Source: Chloracidobacterium sp. N (GTDB taxonomy: Bacteria; Acidobacteriota; Blastocatellia; Chloracidobacteriales; Chloracidobacteriaceae). From it: DNA of 64,000 bases. Of the stretch, positions 1 to 10,108 are shown one piece after another. The position numbers were made by a program, and so were the translations under genes. The DNA is taken from the NCBI RefSeq assembly GCF_018304765.1, contig NZ_CP072642.1:1515819-1579818 (forward strand), in the 5' to 3' direction. How positions within the stretch are numbered: position 1 is the stretch's first letter; every line of letters begins with the position of its first letter. The notes below the pieces were generated by a model. It ran no database searches and had not been told where the DNA came from. It saw nothing but the letters and a program-made list of their open reading frames with translations.

Positions 1-2021
1 CTTCCTCCTCTGTCCCGAATGCAGCCGGCGATGCCCTTGACCGGCTCTGCATCACCACCCTGCGTACCCTTGCGATTGATGCCGTTGAGCAGGCCCAGTC
101 GGGCCATCCCGGCGCGCCGATGGAGAATGCCCCCTTTGGCTATCTGCTCTACACACGCTACCTGCGCCACAACCCCCGCAACCCGCAGTGGCCAAACCGG
201 GACCGGTTTGTACTGTCCGCCGGCCACGGCTGCATGCTGCTATACGGGCTGCTGCACCTGACCGGCTACGATCTGCCTTTGGATGACATCAGGCGGTTCC
301 GCCAGTGGGGTTCCAAGACGCCCGGCCACCCGGAATACGGACACACGCCCGGCGTGGAAACGACGACCGGCCCGCTTGGTCAGGGCCTGGCCACTGCCGT
401 CGGGATGGCCATTGCCGAAACCTGGCTTGCCGCCCATTTCAACCGCCCCGGACACAACCTGGTGGACTATTACACCTATGTGCTCTGTAGCGACGGCGAC
501 CTCATGGAAGGCGTCGCCTCGGAAGCCTGTAGCCTGGCCGGCACACTCAAGCTCGGCAAACTCATCGTCTTTTACGCCGACAACCGCATCACCATTGACG
601 GAAGCACCGATCTGGCCTTCCGCGAGCAGGTCGCCACGCGCTTTCTGGCCTACGACTGGCACGTACAGTCCATCGAAGGCAACGATCTCCGGCAAATTGC
701 CCAGGCCATCGAGCAGGCGCAGCAGGAAACGACCCGCCCCTCGCTCATTGTGGCGCGTACGCACATTGGCTATGGCAGTCCCAACAAACAGGATACGGCC
801 AAGGCCCATGGAGAACCGCTTGGGGCCGAGGAAGTCAAACTCACCAAGCAGGTTTACGGCTGGCCCTACGAGGAACCGTTCACCATTCCGGCCGAGGCGC
901 TCGAAGTCTATCGGCAGTGCATCCCGCGCGGCGAACGGCTCGAAGCCGAATGGCAGGCCCGCCGCGCGGCCTATGCAGCCGCGTTCCCTGATCTGGCCGC
1001 CGAATGGCAGGCCTTCCAGACGCAAACCCTGCCGCCCGGCTGGGATGCCGACCTGCCCCACTTCACCGACGCCATGGCCACCCGCCAGGCTTCCGGCAGC
1101 ATCATCAATGCTCTGGCCCCGCGGCTGCCGTTCCTCATCGGTGGTTCGGCCGACCTGACGCCCTCCAACAACACGACCATCAAGGGCGCGCCGGCCTACA
1201 GCGCCACCACCCGCGCCGGCCGCAACTTTCACTTCGGCGTCCGGGAACACGCCATGGGAGCCATTCTCAACGGAATGGCGCTGACGCCCGGCTTCATTCC
1301 ATACGGCGGCACGTTTCTCATCTTTTCCGACTACATGAAAGCGGCCATCCGCCTGGCGGCCCTGATGCGCCTGCGGGTCATCTATGTCTTCACCCACGAC
1401 AGCATCGGACTGGGAGAAGACGGACCGACGCACCAGGCCGTCGAGCAGCTCGCCGGCCTGCGCGCCATCCCCAACCTGACGGTCATCCGGCCGGCCGATG
1501 CCAACGAAGTCACCGCCGCCTGGTGTACGGCCATTCGCAACACGGAAGGACCGACGGCCATTGTCCTCACCCGCCAGAAAGTGCCGACCTTCGACCGCAC
1601 GCGCCACGCCCCGGCCAGCCTCCTCTCCAAAGGCGCGTATGTCTTTTCAAAAGAACAAGGTGACACACCTGACCTCATCCTGATTGGAAGTGGCTCGGAA
1701 CTCCAGTGGGCCGTCGCAGCCCAGGCGCAGCTCCAGCAGGAAGGGATTGCCACCCGCGTCGTCAGCATGCCCAGTTGGGAGTGCTTTGAACAACAACCGG
1801 CTGAGTATCGCCACAGCGTGCTGCCACCAACCGTCAAAAAGCGGGTTGCCATTGAGGCCGCTGCCCCGCTTGGATGGAGAGATTATGTTACAGATGAAGG
1901 CGCAATCATTGCCATGAAAGAATTTGGCGCATCAGCACCATTTACCGTTCTGATGCGCGAATTTGGCTTTACCGTTGAGAACGTCATCGCCACGGCCAAG
2001 TCGCTGCTATCCCAAACCTGA
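1..2021 (+). CDS. tkt: Transketolase, 5' partial (continues upstream of window)
   Basis: Frame of the 120..2021 ORF stays open back to nt 3 and encodes ...[16 protein letters not shown], the classic TPP-binding N-terminus. GDG TPP motif (CSDGDLMEG) and C-terminal transketolase domains are present. Confidence 0.9.
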   Translation, partial: SSSVPNAAGDALDRLCITTLRTLAIDAVEQAQSGHPGAPMENAPFGYLLYTRYLRHNPRNPQWPNRDRFVLSAGHGCMLLYGLLHLTGYDLPLDDIRRFRQWGSKTPGHPEYGHTPGVETTTGPLGQGLATAVGMAIAETWLAAHFNRPGHNLVDYYTYVLCSDGDLMEGVASEACSLAGTLKLGKLIVFYADNRITIDGSTDLAFREQVATRFLAYDWHVQSIEGNDLRQIAQAIEQAQQETTRPSLIVARTHIGYGSPNKQDTAKAHGEPLGAEEVKLTKQVYGWPYEEPFTIPAEALEVYRQCIPRGERLEAEWQARRAAYAAAFPDLAAEWQAFQTQTLPPGWDADLPHFTDAMATRQASGSIINALAPRLPFLIGGSADLTPSNNTTIKGAPAYSATTRAGRNFHFGVREHAMGAILNGMALTPGFIPYGGTFLIFSDYMKAAIRLAALMRLRVIYVFTHDSIGLGEDGPTHQAVEQLAGLRAIPNLTVIRPADANEVTAAWCTAIRNTEGPTAIVLTRQKVPTFDRTRHAPASLLSKGAYVFSKEQGDTPDLILIGSGSELQWAVAAQAQLQQEGIATRVVSMPSWECFEQQPAEYRHSVLPPTVKKRVAIEAAAPLGWRDYVTDEGAIIAMKEFGASAPFTVLMREFGFTVENVIATAKSLLSQT

Positions 2022-2114
2022 CCGGGCAGAGCCTCACCCAAGTCTCACGCTTTACTTCACACAGATGCAGTCAAATTGAAGCCTGAATGGCTTTTACCTA
2101 TGGGAGTAGTACCT

Positions 2115-4949
2115 ATGAATCCTCTCCGGGCACTCCACGAACAGGGACAGTCTCCCTGGCTCGACTACATCCGGCGCAGCCTGTTCACCAGCGGTGAACT
2201 CCAGCGGCTCATTGATGAGGATGGGCTGATGGGCGTCACGTCCAACCCGGCCATCTTTGAGAAAGCCATCACCGGCAGCCAGGATTACACCGCCGCTCTG
2301 GCGGCGCTGGAAACCGAACATCTCGACGCCATGGCTTTGTATGAACGGCTGGCCATCGAGGACATCCAGCAGGCCGCCGACCTTCTCAAACCGGTGTATG
2401 AGCAAACGCAGGGGCGGGATGGCTACGTCAGCCTCGAAGTTTCCCCCTACCTCGCCAAGGACACGGACGGCACGGTCACTGAAGCCCGCCGGCTGTGGCA
2501 GGCCGTGCAGCGTCCGAACCTCATGATCAAGGTGCCGGCGACCCCGGAGGGGATTCCGGCTATCCAGACGCTGATTGGCGAAGGCATCAACGTCAATGTC
2601 ACCCTGCTCTTTTCGCAGGAAGCTTACCGCCAGGTGGCCGAAGCCTACCTCGCCGGTCTCGAAGCCCTGGCGGCCGCCGGCGGCGACCTCCGGCGGGTCG
2701 CCAGCGTTGCCAGCTTTTTCGTCAGCCGCATTGACTCGCTGGTGGACGCCAGACTGGAAGCCAAACTCAAGGCCGGTGAAGGCGACCGGGCGCTGCTCGA
2801 AAGCCTCCGGGGCAAGGTGGCCATCGCCAATGCCAAGCTGGCCTATCAGGCTTACAAAAAGCTGTTTGCCGGTGAACGCTGGGAACGACTGGCCGCAGCC
2901 GGCGCGCGCACGCAGCGCCTGCTGTGGGCGAGTACCGGTACGAAAAACCCGCAGTACAGCGACGTGCTCTACGTCGAGGAACTCATCGGGCCCGACACGG
3001 TCAACACCATTCCACCGGCCACCTGGGAAGCCTTCCGCGACCACGGGCGGGTGCGTCCGACGCTCGAAAGCGACCTCGACGCCGCGCACGACACACTGGA
3101 AACGCTTGCCAGGGTCGGCATTTCCCTCACCGAAGTCACCGATACCCTGCTCGTCGAAGCCGTCCGGCTCTTTGCCGAACCCTTTGACAAGCTCCTCAAC
3201 TCGCTCGACAAAAAGTGCAAGGCCGTCAACTGGACGCGCCTCAACGCGCAGGAACTGCACCTTTCGGCCGAACACCGCCGGCTGGTGGAGGCCGAACTCG
3301 ACGACTGGAAAATCAACGGCAAGGTGCGGCGGCTCTGGATGCGGGATGCCAGCCTCTGGACCCGGAGTGACGAAAGCCAGTGGCTCGGCTGGCTGGGGCT
3401 GGTCGAAGACCAGATGGCCAACCTGCCAACGCTGATGGCCGCCGCAGCCGACATCCGGCAGCACTTCCGGCACGTGGTGGTGCTGGGCATGGGTGGCTCC
3501 AGCCTCTGCCCGGAGGTGCTGCGGATGACCTTTGGCATCCTGCCGGAAGCGCCGGTGCTTCACGTTCTCGACTCCACCGACCCGGCGCAGATTGCCGAAC
3601 TCGAAGCCCGGCTCGACCTGGAGCAGACAGCCTTCATCGTCGCCAGCAAGTCCGGCAGCACGCTCGAACCCAACATCTTCAAGCAGTACTTCTTTGAACG
3701 GATGAAGCAGGTCGTCGGGCCGGAGCGCGTCGGACAACACTTCATTGCCATTACCGACCCCGGCTCGAAGCTCGAAGGCATCGCCCGGGCCGATGGTTTC
3801 CGCTACATCTTCGCCGGCGTGCCCAGCGTTGGCGGGCGGTACTCGGCGCTTTCCAACTTCGGCATGGTGCCGGCGGCCATGATGGGCATCCCTGTCGGCG
3901 AGTTTCTCGACCTGGCCGATGATATGGTCAACGCCTGCTCGTACTGTGTCCCGATTGCCGAAAATCCGGGCGTCGTTCTGGGTTGCGCGCTGGGCATACT
4001 GGCCAAAGCCGGACGGGACAAGCTGACCTTCATCACCTCGCCCAAGCTCTGGGACCTGGGGGCCTGGCTGGAACAGCTCATTGCCGAATCCACGGGCAAG
4101 CAGGGGAAAGCCATCCTTCCGGTGGAGGGTGAGTTCCCCAGCGACATTTCGGTGTACGGCGACGACCGCATCTTTGCCTACCTGCGCCTTGACGACGACG
4201 ACAACGACGCGACCGATGCCGCCGTGGCCGCCTTCAAGGACGCCGGCTATCCGGTCATCGTCAACCGGCTGGCGACGGAAATGACCCTGGGGCAGGAATT
4301 TTTCCGCTGGGAAATCGCCACGGCCGTGGCGGGGGCCGTTCTGGGCATCAATCCCTTCGATCAGCCCGATGTCGAAGCCAGCAAGGTGGCGACCCGTGAG
4401 CTGACGGCCGCTTACGAGCGCACCGGCGCCTTCCCGGATGAAACACCGCTGTTTGAGGCGGATGGCCTCCGGCTGTTCACCGACCCGGCCAACGCGGCCG
4501 CGCTCGGCGCGCACGACAGTCTGGCCGGCTATCTTCGCGCCCATCTGGGGCGAATCCAGCCGGGCGACTACTTTGCCCTGCTGGCCTACCTGGAGATGAA
4601 CGCCCTCAACAAGGCGCACCTGCAGGCCATTCGGCATGCCGTCCGGGAGGAACGCCGGGTAGCCACCTGCCTGGGCTTCGGCCCGCGTTTCCTGCACTCG
4701 ACCGGGCAGGCGTACAAGGGCGGCCCCAACACGGGCGTCTTTCTCCAGCTTACCTGCGACGACGCCTATGACCTGCCCGTGCCAGGGCAGGGCTACACCT
4801 TTGGCATCGTCAAGGCGGCGCAGGCGCGAGGCGACTTCCAGGTGTTGGCCGAGCGGCAGCGGCGGGTGCTGCGGGTTCACCTCGGCAGGGATGTCGCGGC
4901 CGACCTGGTGAAACTGCGGGAGGCCATCGCCCAGGCACTGGCGCACTGA
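2115..4949 (+). CDS. tal-pgi: Bifunctional transaldolase / glucose-6-phosphate isomerase (fused Tal-Pgi)
   Basis: N-terminal half is transaldolase-like (MNPLRALHEQGQSPWLDYIRR, TSNPAIFEKAI). C-terminal half carries the PGI signature (VVVLGMGGSSL). The ORF's 2076 start is TTG; ATG at 2115 has GGAG 9 nt upstream and gives an MNPL N-terminus typical of long transaldolases. Confidence 0.85.
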   Translation: MNPLRALHEQGQSPWLDYIRRSLFTSGELQRLIDEDGLMGVTSNPAIFEKAITGSQDYTAALAALETEHLDAMALYERLAIEDIQQAADLLKPVYEQTQGRDGYVSLEVSPYLAKDTDGTVTEARRLWQAVQRPNLMIKVPATPEGIPAIQTLIGEGINVNVTLLFSQEAYRQVAEAYLAGLEALAAAGGDLRRVASVASFFVSRIDSLVDARLEAKLKAGEGDRALLESLRGKVAIANAKLAYQAYKKLFAGERWERLAAAGARTQRLLWASTGTKNPQYSDVLYVEELIGPDTVNTIPPATWEAFRDHGRVRPTLESDLDAAHDTLETLARVGISLTEVTDTLLVEAVRLFAEPFDKLLNSLDKKCKAVNWTRLNAQELHLSAEHRRLVEAELDDWKINGKVRRLWMRDASLWTRSDESQWLGWLGLVEDQMANLPTLMAAAADIRQHFRHVVVLGMGGSSLCPEVLRMTFGILPEAPVLHVLDSTDPAQIAELEARLDLEQTAFIVASKSGSTLEPNIFKQYFFERMKQVVGPERVGQHFIAITDPGSKLEGIARADGFRYIFAGVPSVGGRYSALSNFGMVPAAMMGIPVGEFLDLADDMVNACSYCVPIAENPGVVLGCALGILAKAGRDKLTFITSPKLWDLGAWLEQLIAESTGKQGKAILPVEGEFPSDISVYGDDRIFAYLRLDDDDNDATDAAVAAFKDAGYPVIVNRLATEMTLGQEFFRWEIATAVAGAVLGINPFDQPDVEASKVATRELTAAYERTGAFPDETPLFEADGLRLFTDPANAAALGAHDSLAGYLRAHLGRIQPGDYFALLAYLEMNALNKAHLQAIRHAVREERRVATCLGFGPRFLHSTGQAYKGGPNTGVFLQLTCDDAYDLPVPGQGYTFGIVKAAQARGDFQVLAERQRRVLRVHLGRDVAADLVKLREAIAQALAH

Positions 4950-4974
4950 CCACCTGGCGACCTGTGCCGCCGCA

Positions 4975-4998
4975 CCAGTACAGGCTCACCTGTACTGG
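4975..4998. promoter_or_regulatory. Perfect 10-bp inverted repeat (CCAGTACAGG / CCTGTACTGG, 4-nt loop) between tal-pgi and gnd, flanked by direct repeats CACCTGGCG
   Basis: Read directly from sequence. Sits in the 111-nt intergenic spacer; no T-tract follows, so more likely an mRNA processing/stability or attenuation hairpin than an intrinsic terminator. Confidence 0.3.
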
Positions 4999-5060
4999 CT
5001 CACCTGGCGGCGGCTTCTGTTGTTTGACCGTATTCATTCAAGGAGCGAGGCACGAACGTT

Positions 5061-6494
5061 ATGGCGGAAGGATTGGCCGACATTGGCATGATTGGGCTGG
5101 CCGTGATGGGCAGCAACCTGGCACAGAATATCGAGCGCAACGGCTTTACGGTGGCAGTCTGGAACCGCGATCCAAAGCGCGTGGACGAGTTTATGGCGAC
5201 CGTCGGCGCCGGCCGGAAGTTCGTCGGTGCGCACACCCCGGAAGACTTTGTGAAGTCCCTGGCCCGCCCCCGCAAGGTCATCCTGCTGGTCAAGGCCGGC
5301 GAGGCTACGGACTGGACGATTGAACAGATCAAACCCTATCTCGAACCGGGCGACATCATCATTGACGGCGGAAATGCACTCTACCACGACACCATCCGCC
5401 GGGAGCAGGCACTCAAGGCTGCAGGGCTGAACTTCGTCGGATGCGGCGTTTCCGGGGGCGAGGAGGGCGCACTATGGGGGCCGTCGCTGATGCCCGGCGG
5501 CGCGCGTGAAGCATACGAACAACTCCGGCCGATTTTTGAGGCGATTGCCGCCAAGGTGGATGACGGCCCCTGCGTCACTTACATTGGCCCTGACGGCGCG
5601 GGGCACTTCGTCAAGATGGTGCACAACGGCATCGAGTACGGCGACATGCAGCTCATTGCCGAAGCCTACGACCTGCTCAAGCGCGTCGGGAAACTGACGG
5701 CCATGGAACTGGCGGCCGTGTTCGGGGCCTGGAATGAAGGCGTTCTCAAGTCATTCCTTATCGAGATCACCGCGCAAATCTTCCGCGCCATTGACCCGGA
5801 GACGAACCAGCCGCTGGTAGAACTCGTCCTCGACAAGGCCGGGCAGAAGGGCACCGGCAAATGGACTTCCGAAACGGCGCTCGACCTGGGCGTTCCCGTT
5901 CCGACGATTCAGGCGGCGATTGATGCGCGGGTGCTTTCGGCGATGAAAGCCGAGCGCGTGGCGGCCAGCAAAGTCATTGTCGGCCCGCCGACATCGCCGG
6001 AAAGTCTTGATCAGGGAGACTTTATCGTTCTCGTCCACAATGCGCTCTACGCCAGCAAAATCTGCTCCTACGCCCAGGGCATGGCGCTGCTCGCCACGGC
6101 CTCGCGGGTCTATGACTGGAACCTCGACCTGGGCGAAATCAGCCGCATCTGGAAAGGCGGCTGCATCATCCGCGCGCAGTTCCTCGACAAAATCAAACAG
6201 GCCTACCAGCGGCGGCCCGACCTGCCCAACCTGCTGCTCGACCCGGACTTCAACCAGTGGATGACCGATGCCCAGACGAGCTGGCGCAGTGTGGTGAGCA
6301 TCGGCGCGCTGGCCGGCGTCCCGCTGCCGGCGATGAGCGCCAGCCTGGCCTACTTCGACAGCTACCGCACGGCGACCCTGCCCCAGAATCTCACCCAGGC
6401 CCAGCGCGACTTCTTCGGTTCACACACCTACGAGCGCGTTGACAAACCGGAAGCCGGATTCATCCACACGGAATGGAAGGACCTCATCCAGTAA
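5061..6494 (+). CDS. gnd: 6-phosphogluconate dehydrogenase, decarboxylating
   Basis: N-terminal Rossmann motif IGMIGLAVMGSNLAQNIE and overall 6PGDH architecture; 477 aa. Confidence 0.9.
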   Translation: MAEGLADIGMIGLAVMGSNLAQNIERNGFTVAVWNRDPKRVDEFMATVGAGRKFVGAHTPEDFVKSLARPRKVILLVKAGEATDWTIEQIKPYLEPGDIIIDGGNALYHDTIRREQALKAAGLNFVGCGVSGGEEGALWGPSLMPGGAREAYEQLRPIFEAIAAKVDDGPCVTYIGPDGAGHFVKMVHNGIEYGDMQLIAEAYDLLKRVGKLTAMELAAVFGAWNEGVLKSFLIEITAQIFRAIDPETNQPLVELVLDKAGQKGTGKWTSETALDLGVPVPTIQAAIDARVLSAMKAERVAASKVIVGPPTSPESLDQGDFIVLVHNALYASKICSYAQGMALLATASRVYDWNLDLGEISRIWKGGCIIRAQFLDKIKQAYQRRPDLPNLLLDPDFNQWMTDAQTSWRSVVSIGALAGVPLPAMSASLAYFDSYRTATLPQNLTQAQRDFFGSHTYERVDKPEAGFIHTEWKDLIQ

Positions 6495-6516
6495 ACCGGC
6501 CTGAGCCCTGACCACC

Positions 6517-6553
6517 GCGGCGGCCGGGCACGACCGCACTGCCCGGCTGCCGC
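6517..6553. promoter_or_regulatory. GC-rich inverted repeat (14-bp stem with one mismatch, 9-nt loop) between gnd and zwf
   Basis: GCGGCGGCCGGGCA-cgaccgcac-TGCCCGGCTGCCGC read from sequence; 24 nt upstream of the zwf ribosome-binding site (AAGGAG at 6563). Confidence 0.3.
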
Positions 6554-6576
6554 GGCGAGCGTGAAGGAGCACGTCC

Positions 6577-8109
6577 ATGGCGAACGATCTCAATCCCCTG
6601 CGCGCCGAAGCCCACGTCGAACGCACTCCGGACCCCTGTACGGTGGTCATCTTTGGCGCTTCAGGCGACCTGGCCAAGCGCAAGCTCGTCCCGGCGCTGT
6701 TCAACCTGGCCCGTGAGCGCCGCCTGCCCGGTGGCTTTTCCATTGTGGGCTACTCCCGCAGCCCCATGAGCGATGAGGACCTGCGGGCGCTGATGTACGA
6801 AGCCGTCGTCCGGTTTTCCAGCTCGGGTCCGCCCACGGCCGCCGAGTGGGAGAGCTTTGCTGCCGGCATGTTCTACTGTCAGGGTGGGTACGATGATGTC
6901 GCCGGCTACGCCCGGCTCAAAGCACGTCTGGCGGCGATTGATGCCGAACGGGGCACGAGCGGCAACCGGATTTTTTACCTCTCCACCCCGCCCAGCCTCA
7001 TCGGCCCCATCATGGACACGCTGGGGGCGTCGGAACTGGCCCGGAGCGCGCCCGGAAGCTGGACGCGCATCATCATCGAGAAGCCGCTGGGCTATGACCT
7101 CCACACCGCCCAGGAACTCAACGCCCATATCAGCCGCATCTTTGATGAGAATCAGGTCTATCGCATTGACCACTACCGCGCCAAAGAGACGGTTCAGAAC
7201 ATCGTCGCCATGCGGTTTGCCAACGGTATCTTTGAGCCGGTCTGGAACCGTCGCTACATAGACCACGTGCAGATTACGGCGGCTGAAGCCGTCGGCGTCG
7301 AAGGGCGCGGCGGCTACTACGAAGGTTCCGGCGCGGTCCGCGACATGCTTCAGAATCACCTGCTCCAGTTGCTGGCCCTGGTAGCGATGGAACCGCCGAC
7401 CTCGCTGGAAGCCAATGCCATCCGCGATGAAGCCATCAAGGTGGCCAAGGCCATTCGCCCCCTGGCGGCGTCCGAGGTGGATACCCATGCCGTCCGGGGG
7501 CAGTACACCGCCGGCTGGGTTGGCGGCAAGGCCGTTCCCGGCTACCGCGAGGAGGAAGGCGTCAGCCCGACTTCGACCACGGAGACCTATGCCGCCATCC
7601 GCTTCGGAATTGACAACTGGCGCTGGGCCGGCGTGCCGTTTTTCCTGCGCTCCGGCAAACGCATGACGAAGCGGGCGGCCGAAATTGCCGTCCAGTTCCG
7701 CCAGGTGCCGATGCGCCTGTTCACGACGACCGAGGCTGACCTGCACGAACCCAACCTGCTGGTGATGAAAATTCAGCCCGATGAAGGTCTGACGCTGCGG
7801 CTGGCGGCCAAACTCCCCGGCCACGCCATTCACCTGCGCTCCGTCAACATGGAGTTTCGCTACGGCACGTCCTTCGGCGTCCGGTCGTCGGAAGCCTACG
7901 AACGGCTGCTGCTCGACTGCATGTTTGGCGACGCCACCCTGTTTACCCGGCGCGACATGGTGGAAACCGGCTGGGCGCTCATGATGCCCATCCTCAACCA
8001 CTGGGCGGCGTCCGGTGAACACAACCTGCACTTTTACGAGGCCGGCACCTGGGGGCCGGAGGCCGCCAACCAGCTTATGGGCGAGGGGCGCGCCTGGCGA
8101 CGGCTCTAG
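6577..8109 (+). CDS. zwf: Glucose-6-phosphate 1-dehydrogenase
   Basis: IFGASGDLAKRKL NADP-binding motif and the RIDHYLGKE-like motif (IDHYRAKE); AAGGAG 8 nt upstream of the ATG. Confidence 0.9.
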   Translation: MANDLNPLRAEAHVERTPDPCTVVIFGASGDLAKRKLVPALFNLARERRLPGGFSIVGYSRSPMSDEDLRALMYEAVVRFSSSGPPTAAEWESFAAGMFYCQGGYDDVAGYARLKARLAAIDAERGTSGNRIFYLSTPPSLIGPIMDTLGASELARSAPGSWTRIIIEKPLGYDLHTAQELNAHISRIFDENQVYRIDHYRAKETVQNIVAMRFANGIFEPVWNRRYIDHVQITAAEAVGVEGRGGYYEGSGAVRDMLQNHLLQLLALVAMEPPTSLEANAIRDEAIKVAKAIRPLAASEVDTHAVRGQYTAGWVGGKAVPGYREEEGVSPTSTTETYAAIRFGIDNWRWAGVPFFLRSGKRMTKRAAEIAVQFRQVPMRLFTTTEADLHEPNLLVMKIQPDEGLTLRLAAKLPGHAIHLRSVNMEFRYGTSFGVRSSEAYERLLLDCMFGDATLFTRRDMVETGWALMMPILNHWAASGEHNLHFYEAGTWGPEAANQLMGEGRAWRRL

Positions 8110-8124
8110 CCGACGGCTCTAGCC
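8099..8124. repeat. Perfect 13-bp tandem duplication (GACGGCTCTAGCC x2) spanning the zwf stop codon
   Basis: Seen directly; duplicates the TAG stop in frame. Slippage-type microduplication. Confidence 0.8.
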
Positions 8125-8184
8125 CCCCGACGCTGGCGCACCGGAAGTACAAGCCCTTGCCAATGGCGCGGATTGCGGGAGGAA

Positions 8185-9360
8185 ATGCCTGTGGGAATCG
8201 TCGAAGACATCGAACGCCGCCGCCCGGTTGACGTGGCGGCCATCGAACGCGAACTGACCGAGTTGTGGAAAGCCGCGGCCGAAGCCAAGGACGGAGCCGC
8301 CACCGATGCGGTCATGCGCGTCTGCCTGCTCAACCTGCTCGTCTTCATCACCGATGAAGCCCGCTTTGGTGAAGTCTCGGAAGTCGTCGCCAAGGTCACG
8401 GAATCCGCGCCCTGCCGGGCCATCATCATGCACGCCGACCTCTCCAGGACAGCCACCGAAACCCACGCCTGGATTGCCTCCCACTGCCACCTCGACGATC
8501 AGATGCGCCAGGTGTGCTGTGAGGAAATCCGGGTGGCGGCCAGCGGTTCCGCCATCCGCTACCTGGCGCGCACGGTCGCCCCACTCATTGCGCCCGACCT
8601 TCCCGTGTTTCTCTGGTGGCAGGACCTGCAGACGCTTCAGGAAAAATACTTCCTCGACTTTCTGCCGGAAGTGGACCGCGTCATCGTGGACAGCCGGGGA
8701 CTGACGCACCGTGACGCACAGGCAGCGCAGCTTGCCCGCTTCGTCCTCGAAGCACGCCACCGGGCCGCCTTCAGCGACCTCAACTGGACGCGCCTCACCC
8801 GCTGGCGCGACCTCATCGCGGGTCTTTTTGACGCACCCGATTTGACGCACTACCTGCATCAATTGACGCGCGTTACAATTTTTTATGCCAGGGATGAAGA
8901 GGCGTCAGGCATCCCGCTTCAGGCCCTGTTGCTGGCCGGCTTTTTTGCCGCGCAGTTGGGCTGGACGCTCAAGGATGCCTACCAGGTCAACCGCCACCAG
9001 GCGGAGTTGCGCTTCCGCGCCCGCCAGCGGCGCGTCACGGTGACGATTGAGCCACAGGTGGTCCAGGGATTGCCACAGCGCCAGCTCAGTGAAGTCGTCC
9101 TGCTGGCCGAACGACCGGACATGGCCCGCTTCAGCGTGACCTGTCACCCTTCGGATGGCGCGGACTGGCTCTACACACCGGCCGTCGAGATTTCCGGCGG
9201 CGCGCGCTACCACACGACGATTGCCCTGCCCCAGTTGACGGAAGCGCGTCTGATGTCGCGTGAAGTCGAAATCTTCGGCCGTAGCAAACCCTACGAACGC
9301 GCCCTGCGCATGGCGCTCGACATCATCACGGAGCTGGAACTCGATGCCCAGTTCGACTGA
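8185..9360 (+). CDS. opcA: OpcA-like glucose-6-phosphate dehydrogenase assembly protein
   Basis: Position immediately downstream of zwf and upstream of pgl (cyanobacterial/actinobacterial zwf-opcA arrangement), size ~390 aa. The ORF-track start at 8173 is TTG; ATG 8185 or GTG 8191 (GGAGG 8 nt upstream) is more plausible. Confidence 0.6.
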   Translation: MPVGIVEDIERRRPVDVAAIERELTELWKAAAEAKDGAATDAVMRVCLLNLLVFITDEARFGEVSEVVAKVTESAPCRAIIMHADLSRTATETHAWIASHCHLDDQMRQVCCEEIRVAASGSAIRYLARTVAPLIAPDLPVFLWWQDLQTLQEKYFLDFLPEVDRVIVDSRGLTHRDAQAAQLARFVLEARHRAAFSDLNWTRLTRWRDLIAGLFDAPDLTHYLHQLTRVTIFYARDEEASGIPLQALLLAGFFAAQLGWTLKDAYQVNRHQAELRFRARQRRVTVTIEPQVVQGLPQRQLSEVVLLAERPDMARFSVTCHPSDGADWLYTPAVEISGGARYHTTIALPQLTEARLMSREVEIFGRSKPYERALRMALDIITELELDAQFD

Positions 9361-10108
9361 CCACCGCGTCATTCTGGTATTCCCAACGGCCGAAGACCTG
9401 GCACGGCAGGCCGCCACCTCGTTTGTGAAGCAGGCGGCCGCAGCCATAGCGGCCCGCGGCCGGTTCAGCGTCGCCCTTTCCGGGGGCACTACGCCACGCA
9501 TCGTCTTCCGCTTTCTGGCCCGCCCGGAATTGGCGTCACAGGTTGACTGGTCACGGGTGCATGTTTTCTGGGGCGACGAGCGCGCCGTACCGCCGGATGA
9601 CCCCGAAAGCAACTTTCGTCTGGCGCAGGAACACCTGCTTCAGCCGCTTGGTCTTGCCCCTGAAAACATCCACCGCGTCGAAGGCGAGTTGCCTCCGGCT
9701 GAAGCAGCCGCCCGCTATGACGCCCACCTGACCGCCTTTTTTGGCGCGGAGCCGCGCCGGTTTGACCTCATCCACCTCGGGATGGGGGAAGACGGACACA
9801 CGGCGTCACTGTTTCCCCACACGGCCGCGCTGGACGACCCGGAAGCCCGCGTGGTGGCCAATGAAGTTCCACAGCGGCAGACGACCCGCATCACCTTCAC
9901 GGCGGCGCTCATCAATGCGGCGCGGGCAGTGGAATTTTTCGTGACCGGCGCGGGCAAGGCGGGCGTGTTGCGGGAAGTGCTGCTGGGGGCGGAGCAGAAA
10001 CATCTTTATCCGTCGCAGATGATTTGCCCGACCGACGGCACCCTGACCTGGTTTGTCACCGCCGACGCAGCCGCCCAGCTTCCGGCCGACCTGCTGCGCC
10101 ATGCCTGA
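9344..10108 (+). CDS. pgl: 6-phosphogluconolactonase
   Basis: LSGGTTP and HLGMGEDGHTASLFP motifs. ATG at 9344 overlaps the opcA 3' end by 17 nt; the longer ORF from 9260 is an in-frame run-in. Confidence 0.8.
   Translation: MPSSTDHRVILVFPTAEDLARQAATSFVKQAAAAIAARGRFSVALSGGTTPRIVFRFLARPELASQVDWSRVHVFWGDERAVPPDDPESNFRLAQEHLLQPLGLAPENIHRVEGELPPAEAAARYDAHLTAFFGAEPRRFDLIHLGMGEDGHTASLFPHTAALDDPEARVVANEVPQRQTTRITFTAALINAARAVEFFVTGAGKAGVLREVLLGAEQKHLYPSQMICPTDGTLTWFVTADAAAQLPADLLRHA

Noticed and set aside
240-1607. 455-aa antisense ORF, plus several 60-290-aa ORFs inside tkt
   Set aside because: They are embedded in the transketolase gene and have no motifs. GC-rich third-position bias creates long stop-free antisense frames.
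2094-4946. 950-aa ORF antisense to tal-pgi
   Set aside because: Precisely shadows a gene with strong, specific homology on the other strand. Gly/Arg/Ala/Pro-rich low-complexity translation typical of antisense frames in GC-rich DNA.
6661-8031. 456-aa ORF antisense to zwf
   Set aside because: zwf is unambiguous; the antisense frame is low complexity.
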